The notes beneath the pieces are model-generated. The model was not told the origin of the DNA and ran no database searches. It saw only the letters and a program-made list of their open reading frames with translations. Shown piece by piece: positions 11,661-24,900 of a DNA stretch of 64,000 nucleotides. The stretch covers positions 56,546,001 to 56,610,000 of the forward strand of contig NC_058382.1 of assembly GCF_018350175.1 (NCBI RefSeq), given 5' to 3'. The DNA comes from Felis catus. Its lineage: Eukaryota. Numbering within the stretch: position 1 is the first letter of the stretch; the number at the start of each line of letters is the position of its first letter. A program made the translations under genes and the position numbers.

Positions 11661-13074
11661 AGGGTTCGCTCCTTAAATCTGCCTTCGCCACACTCGGTGC
11701 TGCCTCAGCTGGTAAAGAGGAAGACATAACATTCTTTGTCAAGAGTACTCTTGGATTATGCATATTTTCAATTATTTGACATAGTCAAGAACATGGCCCT
11801 TACATAAAGTATACCTGAGCTCTACTTACAAGAATTAAATGAGACAATATATGGAAGTTCTTGGTAGCAAGGCCCAATACATGGTGGCCCCTCAGGAAAT
11901 AGTCCCTCCCTGTGTTGGGTGGGTTGTCTTATAACACACCTCCTTGTCATCCACTTTAGTGTTTGTCACCCTAAGGAATCCCCGTCAGTAACGATTCCAA
12001 CTGATTAAGTAGAAGAATTATATGTGTTTTCTAAGGAGTTTGCTCACCAGGTATCCCAAAAATGTCTTTTTGAAAAAAAAAAAATCCAATGTGCACTATT
12101 TTGTCAAGTTTCTGGAAACCTAGCAAAGATTCAAGTTAGATATTCCCTTATAAATTTCCACCGGTATCCATATATTCATAAAGTATATCTGAGACCTTTA
12201 CTTTCGTCACCCCGAGTATATTCCCATTTTAACAGCGTCACTGTTGGGTGTATGAGCTTTAATGAAAGACAACCTTTGAAAATGACCATCGTAGGGTCTT
12301 TCTGACTTACTTCAGCAAGGTTTAGAAGTAAAAGACACTCATTCATCCTCGGTCCTTTACCCTTGACCTGGGCTGTTAGGCACCACATCAAGCAGACATC
12401 TCCGCTACTGCAACGAGCCATCACAGCTTGCCTCGTAGGTGACAGACATCAGAATGGGTACTTCCGGATGCGTCTTTCTATTTCTTCCTCTCAGTGATGC
12501 CGATTATCATCGTGTCCGTGTTTCAGATGAGGAAGCTTAAGCTCAGAGAGGTTGACAACACATACTCAGAGGAGAAACTGGGAGTCTGGATCTGTCTGAT
12601 CTCAAAGCTCATCTCCCTCTAAAGAGGCTGCGTTTCCTTTGTCTTGGTATGAGTTAATTACTTCTTAGTATTCCTGCTTATCCTCCACAGAAAGACTTTT
12701 TACCCTGATTCAGTGGTCTCTGAAACAGCATTCAGGGCTGTTTCCTGGCCAAGGCTTTGCATCTCAATTCGAAATGTTTATTTTATTGCTTATTTTATTT
12801 GCCTCTCAATTCGAAATGTTTAACAGGCAAGCAATGAAAAGTGCAGTGTGGCTTCAGCTTAAGAGTTTGCAGTCTGAAGAGCAAGTCTAGGTCATGGCTG
12901 TCCGTGGGGATGACACCTTATAGCACGAGACAGTCCAGCTGTGCCTGGTCCTAATTACAAGTTAAGGAGTAAGGTCAAGTTACATCACAAAAGGGCGAAC
13001 ACCCCACCCGAGAGAAAAATTTCTAGAGTTAGAAAAGCCGTAATCAGGGATCTAGGGATGAAATTCATCTTGTA

Positions 13075-13430
13075 ATGTATCAGCAAGGAATGCTTTCTGC
13101 TGCAGGTAACAAAAAGGCAATTAATGTGGCTTAAACATCTCAGGTTGATTTTTCTCACATTTCCAGAAGCTGAGAGGTGGGTGGCCGCTTCTGTCGCTTC
13201 ACCGATTTGACAGACTCTCTGTGAGTCTCTGGCCTTTCTCTTGTGGCTGTGAGACTTGTCACAGCTCTCAAATCACAGCTATGTCTAAAGGAAGAAGAAA
13301 AAGGGGGCAGGAGACATGTCTATCCCTCTTCATTAGAGATGCAAAGTCTTTACCAAAGTAGTCTTTTCTTAACTCCCCAGAGCAGAACTCTGGCAATCAT
13401 GTGATTACCCCTGGCTGCAAGAAAAACCAT
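13075..13430 (-). mobile_element. Old MaLR LTR (MLT1J/K-like)
   Basis: ggaatgctttctgctgcaggtaacaaaa...tggcttaaaca...ttctcacat matches the recalled antisense MLT1J/K end. Confidence 0.55.
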
Positions 13431-14852
13431 GTGTAAACCAATATTTCTATATGTGTATGTGCACATGTGTACGTGTGTGTATGCACGCATGTGTGTTCAT
13501 CAACTTGGTGGGCTAGGGAGGAGAAAATCGGGAATAGATCTGGGATTAGCCATGACTGGTCCCCACATGGTCCCCAAAGGTTAAGAGATGCACCCAACTT
13601 TTAAAAGGTTAAAATGCAGGAGAAACCAGCACTTTCCATGATTTTATTGTAAGTTTGAGAGTTAGTTGGGGGGCATCACTGAAAGGATTTCTTGGCTAAA
13701 TAAAGGAAAAAAACAAAATCAGACTGGTTTCTTTACTGTTCAAGTTCTCAGAGACTTTAAGCCGTGAATGGCCTTGTCAGTCTCCAAGAAGAGGCAGTCC
13801 TGGAGAATCTGTTCCGGGCAGGCTGTTCCGTGAACCTGGCATGCAGGATATGGTAGAGACGTTGGAAAGGTAGCTTTTAGCCAGTGAACTACTGGATCAC
13901 GAGGTACCTGAGCAGGCATGCCTCCCCTCTCCCAGCGGAGCGGTTAGAGCTCCAGGTTGAATATAAGATTGTCTGGGAACAAGACAGTGAACGTCGGAGA
14001 AGGTTGTACAGTGTCGGGTAGATTTTTGACCTCGGTGAGCATCAAGTCCAGCAATGGAGGGAGGGGACTCGTGAATAAGTTGGGCACAGGGACCCCACCA
14101 TCGATACCTCTGGACTGCCTCCTTCCTCCTGCATCCACCCAGATCCCACTAGTCTTCACAAAGCCCATCAATACTCAAAGAATAAAAGCCTTGCTGAGGG
14201 AATTTAACTGTTCCATAAATATTAAGCCAAGAGTGTTGGGAGTTTCAATTGTTTGGGGTTTCCCCTGTTCTCATGAAGATCAACCCTTTGACCAGGTCCT
14301 TGGTGGGAAATCGACCAGCCAGGAAGCCTGAAGGTGGACATAATAAGTCCAGACGGAAAATGACAGATTTTCTGCCTGTGCCTCTTACCAAGGCCTCTTA
14401 GTCACGGCTGTTGCTGTGTTTTTACTCTCCAGGTAGTCTCTGCCTCCCTCCCCTATTGTCTGGTAGCTGCCCAGCTTCGCTGTAACTATCACACGCAGGA
14501 TATGGAGCTGAGGGTTTCATACACATCACCTCATTTCAGCCTTGCATTATCCCCGAAAACAGATAAAAGAATTCTCATTTACAGATAAAGACCTAGAAGG
14601 TAGTGGGCAGGGACCTTACTGGGATCTCACGACTTTGCCTCCGTATATTCCTTATAACCACGTGAATGCATCAGTATAAAAAAGAGAGTCTAAATGAAAA
14701 TTGCTATGCAAGACAGAGAACGTGACTTTAAATGCATGATGGCTTTTACCATTAGGTCAGAGGAAAAACAGAGCCAGAACTATAGTTAACTTGATTAGTC
14801 TAGGGACCAGTGAAAGGTGGGTGATAATTTTGGACTTTCTTTTATAGACGTC

Positions 14853-15276
14853 TGTACTAGGGTTCTCCAGAGAAACAGAATCAGTAGTATAGGTCTATAT
14901 CTATAGCGAATAAGAAACTGGCTCCCACAGTTATGGAGGCTGAAAAGTCCCAAGGTCTGGAGTCAGCAAGCTGGAGACCCGGGAGAGCTGAGAGTGATGT
15001 TTCAGTTTGAAGGTGGGGAAAAACCAGTGTCCCAGCTCAAAGTAGTCACGCAGGAGGAGTTCCTTTTTGCTCAGGTTTTCTGTTCTATTCGGGTGTTCAA
15101 TTGATCCGGTGAGGCCCCAAGACTTTGGGGAGGGCAGTCTGCTTTACTCCATCTATTAATTCAAATGTTAATCTCACCCAGAAATACCCTAACAGACACA
15201 CCCAAGAACAATATTTGGCCAAATGTCTGGGCACCTTGTGTCCCAGTCAAATTGGCACCTAAAATGAACCACCACG
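14853..15276 (-). mobile_element. MLT2B-like ERVL solo LTR
   Basis: agggttctccagagaaacagaa ... attcaaatgttaatctcacccagaaatacc ... cccagtcaaattggcacctaaaatgaaccaccac. Confidence 0.85.
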
Positions 15277-15280
15277 ATAC

Positions 15281-16092
15281 TGTAGGCAGAATCTTGACCT
15301 TGACCCCATGACCTCCATCCTCTGGTCTTACACTTGCGATTATGTTGCCTTACACAGCCAGAGATTTTGCCAATGCAAATACAGTAAAACCATGGTTTGC
15401 AAGCATAATTTGTTCCAGAAACATGCTTGTAACTCAAAGCACTCATATATCAAAGCAAATTTCAAGAACCATTGGCTCAGTTGTGATCATGTGACATTTG
15501 GCAACACGTGCTACTCATATTACAAGACCTCGCTCGTCTATCAAGTTAAAATTTATTAGAAGTGTTTGCTCGTCTTGTGGAACACTCCCAAAACAAGTTA
15601 CTCGCAATCCAAGGTTTACCGTAAAGTTATGAATCAACTGACGTTAAAATAGGAAGACTATCCTGGATTCTCCAGGTGGATCTAAATAATCACCTGAGCC
15701 CTTAAAAGTGGAAGAGGCAGGCAGAAGAGTGAGTAAGAGAAGCAGTAGAAGAGGGAAGTAGGAGAGAGGAGGCAGAGGTTGGTTCAGACAGTCCTAACTC
15801 CTGAGAAGGACTCCACCTGTCATTGGCTTGAGGATGGGGTGGGGCCACATGGAAAGCGTGAGAAGGAAATTCATTCTGCTGACACCCTGACCGGGCTTGG
15901 AAAGGATTTCCTCAGAGCCAATAGTAAAGAATGCAGACCTGCTGCCAACCTTGATTTCAGCCTTGTGGCACCCAGGTGAGTCTCGCTGTGCCCAGACCTC
16001 TACCCCACGGTCGCCGTGAGGTCATAAATGGGTGTTCCTTGAAGCCGCTACTTGGTGGTAATTTGTTACAGCAGAAATAGAAAAGGAACACA
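15281..16092 (+). mobile_element. MLT1E/D-like MaLR solo LTR, interrupted by a MITE
   Basis: Starts tgtaggcagaat; aatcacctgagcccttaaaag in the middle; 3' end ggtaatttgttacagcagaaatagaaaa...aca. Confidence 0.75.
15382..15621. mobile_element. 240-bp Tigger-type (Tc1/mariner) MITE
   Basis: Imperfect terminal inverted repeats (cagtaaaaccatggtttgcaag versus the reverse complement of the right end, cggtaaaccttggattgcgag); TA at 15380-15381 and 15622-15623. Confidence 0.8.
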
Positions 16093-16989
16093 GTATCTGG
16101 TTTACATTCCCTTACATGCCAGCCGCGAGCAACGTTGCTTTTCCCAAGAATGAAAACAGAAATGGCCAACCAAATGACAGAACGAAGGAGAACCGCTCGA
16201 GCTCGCAAACTGCTTTAACAACCATCCCAACTTCAACTCCAAATGCAACTTCTCATCTCCAAGTATTCCCCACACCAACATCGTTCTTAAATGGAAACAG
16301 AAACAACCTTCAGGACATGTTTAGCAACACATCCGAGCGAAGCTTCTTTAATTGTTAATTCTTTTGATAGTCACGTGACACCACTAATTACAGCGAACTG
16401 TCCGCTGAGGAGGTCACGCTGACTGCATCCAGGAGCTCCACGGACAGGTCCCCAGGCCCACTGGGTTTTCAGAAGCGACCTCGCCCCTTGCCACCGTTCA
16501 CCTCCCTCTCCCAGAGCAGACATCTTTCACAAGGTGGTGGAATTCGATGAGGACAAGACCCTGAAAGAAAACATCATCCCCGCAACTGGGTTAAACCCAC
16601 TATCATTAATGCAGTTCAGCGAAACCTGAGGTGACTTAACAGCACAGCAGTTCCTGGGCTCGGCGTCATGGCGCTTTTCAAGGTCTCCCTACACGCTCTC
16701 CTGCAAGGTGCGTGTGGAATGTGTGTGTCCGGAGTAACCCTTCCTGATAGCATCCTTGTTTGGGAGCATAATCTCTCCTGGCCCATCTTCCCCTCCAGTG
16801 TTCCGAGGATGTCTGAATTCTGGAACAGAAAGAGGAACAGCATGGCTCTCTTGGGAGCGCTCAGTGCATGGGCGCAATCAAGAAGACAGACGAATGCCCC
16901 TTCACCTAACACGTATTTGCCAACACTTAGCCCACATTTGGCCAACGGCATGCTTAATCCTTCCAGTCTTTTTCCTGTCTGTTTTTATA

Positions 16990-17450
16990 TGTGACAGCTT
17001 TATCACGAGATCATTCACATGCTGTACAACTCAGCCGTGTAGAGCGGGCAGTTCAGTGTTTTGTGGTACATCCATAAAGTTGTGCAGCCGTCACTACAAT
17101 GGGTTTTAGAATATTTTCGTCACCCCCAAAAGAAACCCTGCGTTCCTTATACTTCTCATTCCTCCCAAACTCCCCCAGCCCTAGACAACCACCAACCTAC
17201 CCTCTGTCCCCTGGATTTGCCCGTTCTGGACACTTCATATAAATGGAATCCTGTACCTCGTGTCTTTTAATGGCATTTTCCCCTTCACGTAAGGCTTTAA
17301 AGGTTATGCTACATTGCAGCATTCATCACTCCATATCTTTTTATTGCCAAATATCCCATTATATGTATTATTATTTTATTTACCTCTTTACGTTATTATT
17401 TCATTATATTTTATGTGTCTGTTCCTCAGTTGGTGGACGATGGGTTATTA
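16990..17450 (-). mobile_element. L1MB-like 3' UTR fragment
   Basis: ttttagaatattttcgtcacccccaaaagaaaccc ... ggatttgcccgttctggacacttcatataaatggaatc. Confidence 0.75.
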
Positions 17451-17461
17451 CCAGTCAGCAA

Positions 17462-17835
17462 TTCTGTAAGTTTAACGTACAACATTGTATAAGTTTAAGA
17501 TGTACACTGGGCTGATGCGATGCATTTATAGGTTGCAATACAATTATCGTTGTAGTGTTAGCTGACGCCTCCGTCACATCTCCTAATTATCCTTTCTTTT
17601 TGGTGGTGGGAGCAACTAAGATCTAGTCTCTTAGCAACTTGGAAGTCTGGAAGACAGTGCTGTTGGCTGCCATCGCTATGCTGTGCATTAGATCTCCAGA
17701 ACTTACCTTCCAAATGCAAGTTTGTACCCTTTGACGAGTACCTGCCCCCCGCCCCCACCCGCCAGCTCCTGGTAACCACCGTTCTACTCTCTGTCTCCAT
17801 GAGTTCAGCTTGTTTAGATCCCATATAAATAAGTA
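17462..17835 (-). mobile_element. L1MA9-like 3' end fragment
   Basis: aagatctagtctcttagcaac ... atgctgtgcattagatctccagaactta ... gtaaccaccgttctactctctg. Confidence 0.75.
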
Positions 17836-19439
17836 TGTGGATCGTGTACCCAGCAGCCTTGCCGAAAATCCTCTTTGAGCGTAGACGCTACTACACTTAT
17901 TTTCTAGTTTCAGTGACTAATGTCCTAGCTCGGTTCTAATGGTGTAGCTGCCTCAGTCCAATGCTCACACTCTGTTTCCTGTGCCTTCATAATTCTGCAA
18001 GTATTTGTATGTACATGGACAGCTATTAAGCTGACACATCACGTATTAATGCGGTATTGGCCCAAATGCCCATTTGATTTAGGTCTACCTTTCCTACATA
18101 GCAGTTAGGCAAGTAATATGACTGCTTGCTAGAAGCCACAACTTAGGATATGTGTCTTTCCTTGTAGAACCATCTTCTGTCTGAGTCATCATTGGATTTT
18201 TCACCATTTTTTTCTTAAACATTGGGAAATGGACTCATTTCATAATGGCACTGTATCTCCCCATCAAGAATGCCTTCTTCCATCATTCTTGATGATAAAC
18301 GATGGCACTTAGGGCCAGACCTGTCTCTTCCCTTCTACAGTAACAGGAGAGTCGCTTCTAGTCTTGACCTCTGTCCTGTCCAACCACAGACCACTTCTGT
18401 AGGGGCACTTGCCATGACCGACACCAGCGTCCTTTCCCTAGAACCAGTAGCCACCCCTGCTGAGCCTGCCCCATGTGCGTGACACTTACTGTGAAACCAA
18501 AGTCTGAGTGAAATGACCTCACGCACGCAGCCCCCTGGTTGGCTTGTCTCTCCACCCCTGCTCTGCTGCTGGTCCCGCCCTCTACTTTGAGAACACAGTC
18601 AAGGCCATCTGGGATGATCTCCACAAGCCTGTATCTCTTTTGCCTCTATCTCCCTAAGCTCCAACATCTCTGGCCTCTCAAATATCTCAGGAAAGAAGTC
18701 ACCTCCTCCTTTTTGGAATCCCTGTATTTTTAATTCTGTATTCTGGTGACTCTCCATGGCCGTGCTCTCTCGTGACCACCTTCTCCTTCCTGCTCTTCAC
18801 TCACATTCTTCATCATCTCTGTCCTTTTGGTGGACAGACGTATCCAGGTCTCCGAGTCCTCACAAGAGAGAACTGGCCGCCTCCCGCTTTTCTTTCCTTA
18901 CTCCTCCCTGTCACAGAAGTACTTTCTGAAAACCCATTGTTTCCTGATAAAAGCATTGTCTATGCCTCTGCCAGTATGAAAGATAATTTTAGGTGGCAAA
19001 GTGATGAACTTTTTTGATTTTAATAGCTTTTTATTTTGATGCATAACTGAACAATACCTAGTATATCATTCCCATGACTTTTTTTCATAATGTGTCTTAG
19101 AGCTAGGTTGAATTTTCGAGATAAATTTAAAGCATATTGAAAAATAAACAAATAGGGGTACCGTTAGTACACACGATAAAGTAGTCCCTGAGTGGCCGGA
19201 ATGTGGGAAACCTTCGTCACCTCCAAATGGAATCTCCTCGGGGTGACCCTGGGAGACCCACACTGTAGGAAGGCTATGAAGACCAGAGCTAATGTGTTCA
19301 ATAAATGTTACCTAATCATCTCCCAGGTATACTTGAGACACTGCTGTGAATGCACAAGAATGACCTTGGGTAGATGGGATGGTCCACCTAAGTGGGTGTT
19401 TAGGAGATGTTTGCTGGGTTGAGGCTTCAGCAAGCAGAG

Positions 19440-19655
19440 CATACACTGAGTGCACCCCGTGGGCCAACAGTGCACTAAGGTTCACGTTCACCCTTTGCAA
19501 CAGGCTCATCAACCCACTGCATCCCCACTTTATAGATGAGAACGCTGTCTCAGGGAGGTAAGGCATTTTACCCAAAGATCACTTGACTAGGAGAAGATGG
19601 GGCAGAGATGGAAACCCCAGGCAGTCTGGTTCTGAGTCGGTTCTCACACCCACTG
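19440..19655 (-). mobile_element. MIR SINE
   Basis: atccccactttatagatgagaacgctg...cccaaagatcac...aaaccccaggcagtctgg. Confidence 0.7.
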
Positions 19656-20177
19656 TGTTCTAGCTCAGATCATGAAGGCTCTAATCCACGAGCCAGGTTA
19701 CTTGGCATGAGAGCGTTTTTTCTCCCCGTGCCGTTCTTCCCCCCAGTTCACTGCAAGAAATATTTACGCGGAATCCATCGTGCGTCAGGTCTATCCCAGC
19801 CATGGAAGATCCAGGAAGACGTAACTCACTTCTGCTTTCCGGGGAGAGTCCTGCAGACCACAAGCAAGGAATGGAATTAAACTGTGCTCACTTTAGCACA
19901 ACACATAGGGGGAGTCCTCATTTTCTATTAATATCACCCAGGGAAGCGAGGCAACGGACATTTCGCAAAGTCAAATGAACCTTTATAAAATATCAACAGA
20001 AATAAAACACTAGAGTCATTTTTCCTAAATAGTTAGTGGTAGCAATAGACTCGGTCATTTATGTCACCAAATGTAATGTCGGTTCCGACAGCTTTTCCAG
20101 GATCAGAGTTGGGGAGCATTTGGAGATTTCTAGGATACTGAGCAAATATTTGAAAAATGATATTGAAAATGCTTGCT

Positions 20178-20615
20178 GTGTGTAACAGTGTCTCAATAAG
20201 AAACAGAGGGTACACTCAGATGAAGACAGTGCGGGGGCGGGGTGCTGCGTTAAAGGTAAATTGTAAAGGATGGGGGGTGTAACCTGAGCCAGTGACCACA
20301 AAACCGTTATCTTCCCGAGCCCTAGGGAATGAGGGGATGTTCAGACCTAGAAGGAGAGTCGTGTAGAGAGGGACACTTTGGGAGGAACAGAGACCTGGAG
20401 TCGGGGACACTGCTGGCCCAGGGCAACCCAGAAGGGGGAGATGCAGGGAGATAAACAGCCTGACCTCATTCGACTGCCACACCTTCTGATCGCCAAGCCC
20501 AGAGGAGGCCAGAGGTCTAGTGCCATCCATTCAGGCCAGTCTGCGATGACCCGGGGTGGGGTGGGGCACGGTGAGGTGGGCAGGCTCACAGGTCAGACTG
20601 AAGATATTCCATATA
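20178..20615 (-). mobile_element. LTR33-like ERVL solo LTR
   Basis: aagaaacagagggtacactca ... gggagataaacagcctgacctca ... gaagatattcca follows the recalled antisense LTR33 order. Confidence 0.55.
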
Positions 20616-22514
20616 CGAGGGAAACCTTCTGACATGTTCTCGCTGCTGTGACCTAACGCAAAGACAGACTCACGTGTTTTGAATGGGAAAAGAAAAAAAA
20701 AAAAAACCAACCCCTTGGCCTGAAAATTCTGGAATTTTGGCAACATCAACAGTGTGCTACAGATGTATCTAAATATAATTACATTTCTCTCAAGGTAGGG
20801 AATTTCTTTGCACCCATGTAATCACCGTGAATGAATAACTACATAACCTTGGAGAAGATTCCTAGCATCTCCCCTGGTCTCTAAACTCAGAGATACTTGC
20901 TGTTGGCGCTGTGGAGACCGTTAGTTAGTTTTTATTCAGGCCTTTGCAGAGACCGTGTTTTCTCTTCTGAAAAAGTCCACCATCAGTATATGTGCTGCTG
21001 CGTTCACGAATACTTAACTCCATGCTGTAACGTGTAGGTAGAAAACGGTCCCCAGTGAGAGTTTTCCTGGGCTGTGCGTCTTGCATTGTCAAGGCGTAAA
21101 GAGAGTCTGACTTGGAACCCGTACCCCCTTCAGGATATGAGCGGATCCAGGTCAGTGAATTGTTTCAAGGTAGAAGAAGTTTAATGAATACAGCTTGGGC
21201 TGTGTGCTCCTCCATTAGCATTTGTCATTACGAAACCATTAGTCTGTCTCCGGATGCTTTCCCACAGGCTGATGGTGTCAAAAGAGTGACAGGTCTCTCA
21301 TTAAAAATGCATCGTATCTTACCTCCTGCCTCCTCTCAAACCCCGACCTAGCCTACTGTAAATATACTGCCTCCATGAGAGTCTACAGCAAACCACCTTG
21401 GGTCCTGTTCGGAGTGTCTACACTTTCTGCCACATCGCCATGTGGGCAGCGCATGCATCCACAGCCATAATATACACGGACGCGAGCCGCAAAGAAATTG
21501 AGTCAACTCTTTAATAACCGCGGGAATATCGCATCTCAAAAAAATCTAGCAACGGTGTCATGATATCATGTACCACAATTTAATTTGCTGGGTAGGGATT
21601 AAGAGCTGACAAATTCCCTCTCTTTAAGTTCTTTTAATTCTGTCTCTGCAAGTCACAGCTTTCCACATATTCCCTGGCCTCCCAGCTGATGTGCTAAAAA
21701 TGGTTTCACCGTACTGTTCTCAGACATGCAAGGATCTAGACGAAGCTGTTTAGTTCCTTACAATCTGTTTACATTACATAGAAGGTTGGTTAATTAGAAA
21801 TAAGCATGTTTCTTAATTAAGGAACAAATTAATTTTTAAAGAAGTGCTGGGACCCCCCTCGGGTTACTGCAGATAAGGGACTGAGCACGTGGCCCGTGGC
21901 TGTTGGCGTAATTCTTTGCAAGGAGGGTCTGATGTGCGCGGTGACACAGACCACGGTGGCCTTGGAACCAGGTATCTGTGGATTAGAAACCGTAGTCATT
22001 CTGCTGATGTCTGGTGAATTTCTGCTGTGTGTGAGGCAGCGGGCTGGGAGCTCCAGGAGCTCAAAGATGAATATGACAAAGTCAGACCCTTAACAGAGCT
22101 CGGGGTAAAATGAAAGAAAGGGTTTCACATATGCGGTGCTTAACGAAATATGCCAAATGCTAGACGAGAAATGAATAAAATAGCCCAGGAGAACACTGAG
22201 CGCAAAGCAAGCTGGGGGGTTGGGGAGGGAGTGGTGAGGCAGACAAGAGACCTGGAAAGCTCCCAGGTAGAAGGTGATAGGTTAGTTGAGTCTTGAGAGA
22301 TGAGCAGGAAACTTCTGTGGCTGACCCTGGAAGCTTGTTCCAGGCAGAAAGAACATATACCCCAAGACCTGAAAGAGTAAGGCATGATCCGAGAACACAG
22401 GTAAAGAGGGTACGACTCGGGCACAAGCTATGGAGAAGCCAGGAGCTAGAGAAGGTCTGGGGACGCCAACACGATCCAGGTGACAAAGAGAGTCAAGCAG
22501 CACAAGAAGTAGGC

Positions 22515-23045
22515 GGGTCAGGACTTTTTTTGGCTCCTAGCGACAGAAACCCAGCCAAGTTTAAGCCAAAAAAAAAAAAATTGTATTGGTTCATTCATTT
22601 AAACGGCCAAGAGGGCCTTCAGGACCGGCTGTATCCAGGTGGTCTATTTATGTCATCAGGGATGTTTCTCACGCTATTCCTCGGCTCCACTTGTGTCACC
22701 GTTGGCTTTCCCAAGGGGGTAGCAAACGACGGCGGTCACGGGGCATTTTCCCCACCACCTTAGCAACTCCAGCCACCCCTCACACTTTATAGAAGCATTA
22801 TTTACACATAATGGCCCCGCTTAAGTTGTGCGCCCATCTCTGAAATGATGGATGTGCGCACCAGTGTGGACAACTCTGAGTGGCCAGATCTGAGTCGTAT
22901 GCTCACTCCTGGAGCCAGGCATGGGCGAAAGGTGGTGCCAGCCCTGTCTGAACCACAAGGACTAAGAAGGAACAGAAGGGTGGTATCCCAAAGGAAAGTG
23001 AGAATGTTGTTCACAAAAGCAAGGGAACAGAGGCAGGGCATAGAG
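22515..23045 (-). mobile_element. MLT1K-like MaLR LTR
   Basis: gtcaggactttttttggctcctagcgacagaaacccag ... cccaaaggaaagtgagaatgttgtt. Confidence 0.55.
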
Positions 23046-23767
23046 AGAAACACAGAGCTGCTTGCTCTACGAAGAAGTCTAGACGAGCTCTTGGTGAGTT
23101 TCAAGTGGAAACACAGCGTGGACATATTTGCACTGGAAAGAAATTTCTCTGGCTGCGGAGTGGGCGAAGGGATGGGAGAGAGGAGGAGACAGACACTGGA
23201 TGGACAGCTACAGTGTCAACAAAAGCCTGGTCTAAGGTGGTCATGGTGGAGACGGTGAGCATGGGGCATGTTTTGGGGAGATTTAGGAAGTAGAAGAGAG
23301 GGACTTTGGAGTGTCCAGTGGATGATAAAGGGCCACAGATTCTTTGAGGGTTGATGTCCCCTCCCTTGGAATATAGATGAGTTCTGTGGCTGCCTTCACT
23401 GACAGAATAGGGCAAAAGTGGCCCTTCCTAGCTGCTGAGCCCAGGCCTGAAGAAATGGGCAGATCTCACTTCCTGTCTCCTGCACCCCTGGCTCGATGGA
23501 AGACAGCACCCCATGAGAAGTCCATCTGGAGGCTGTCCTTGGAGAAGCTCGCCCTGTGTCCTCAAGAAGACTGGTCCACTCCCTCCTCTCTTCCTGAGTC
23601 TGAAAGCCCGTCTCTGTCTGTGGGTGTAAATCACGGTCGTGGGCTGCAGTCTGTCTTCCTTCTGGAATTCTCCATTTGATGGGCTGTCAAGCCCTTTGGT
23701 GAGCTTTACTGTAAGTCAAGGGGACTGTCAGTCTTCCTGTAGCTGTATTTCATTCGAGCCCTTTAAT

Positions 23768-23781
23768 GTGCCCCCTGGAGG
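23768..23781 (-). promoter_or_regulatory. Candidate CTCF core motif
   Basis: Reverse complement reads CCTCCAGGGGGCAC, close to the CCASYAGRKGGCRS consensus, in apparently non-repeat DNA. Motif match only. Confidence 0.3.
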
Positions 23782-24764
23782 TGACACATCCTCTAACATG
23801 CAATCACAGGCCACAAATGCAAAAAGGAAACAGAAGTTATTGGATCAAGAAGCGGGAGTCTAAGGCTCCGGCCGGGAGACTCTTGTGTCCTCCACCTGAT
23901 TATGACCCTCACATTTATGTTGCTTCTTGAAAATTATGGCCAGAACCTTTTGTTTGGGGGTCAGGAGAATAGGTCTTAGAAGGGCCAAAGGTAGGACAGG
24001 TGAGATTGGTCTTTGTTCCGGTGTCTAATTTTTCTGGTGGGAAGACCCCGGGGCACAGCTAAGCAAGGAGGCACTTTGTAAATATTAGAAAAGGTGTCCC
24101 CTCTGGGCAGATGAATTATAAAAAAGTGTCTCTCTGGAGGGACACAGACCGTTGAAGGTCCTGGTTTCATGGGAGGCACATGAGTTGGTGTATAGAGAAA
24201 TCGACCTCTTCCTCCAGGAAATAAGAGGGCAGGCTGCTCATGAGGACCCTTTGGGCCCCACAACCTTGGGAAAGAGCTTCCAGGAAGCATGCCTCCCAGC
24301 ACCAGCAGAGGCAGGAACAACAGTCTCACCATCATCACTACCATTTATTGAGCCCCTACTATGTGTTGGGTGTTGTGGTTGGCTTCGCATGTATTCGCCT
24401 TAATCCTTGAAACAACTGTGAGGTGCAGACACCTCCATCAATGACAGATACGGACTGAGAATCTCTGTGCCTTGCCTGGAAATGTACTAGAACTAGGAGT
24501 AGGAGACACTTGAACTTTGTAGCTTCCTCTTAAGTAGAAAGGAGTTTCTTGGAGAGCTACACTGAGAAAGGCCCCCACCGAGGCCATGAGTTTGTGGTTT
24601 GTGGCCATATTGGCTCATATAGGGACATTATTGCATTCTAGTGGTGATTAAGGACAATCTGTTGGGCTGTCGTTTTTTTTCCCACCCCTCCAAAATGGAG
24701 CGCATTGAGTTGGATGGGCCATAGCTTCAGGCAGGATCTAGGCGAGCAAGGAGGTAATGCGGCA

Positions 24765-24900
24765 GAGTGGAGTGGTTAAGACCCTGAGCCAAATATGGCT
24801 GGATTTGCAGCTCTGCTTCCCCTCTTATTACTTGCCTGACTTTAGGCAGGTTACTGAGCCTCTCTGAGCCTTAGTTACTTCCTCTTCAAATTGAGACTGG
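24765..24900 (+). mobile_element. MIR SINE fragment
   Basis: agtggagtggttaaga ... tgactttaggcaggttactgagcctctctgagccttagtt. Confidence 0.65.

Noticed and set aside
13957..14331. 124-aa ORF
   Set aside because: Non-ATG start, no recognisable domain and no splice context.
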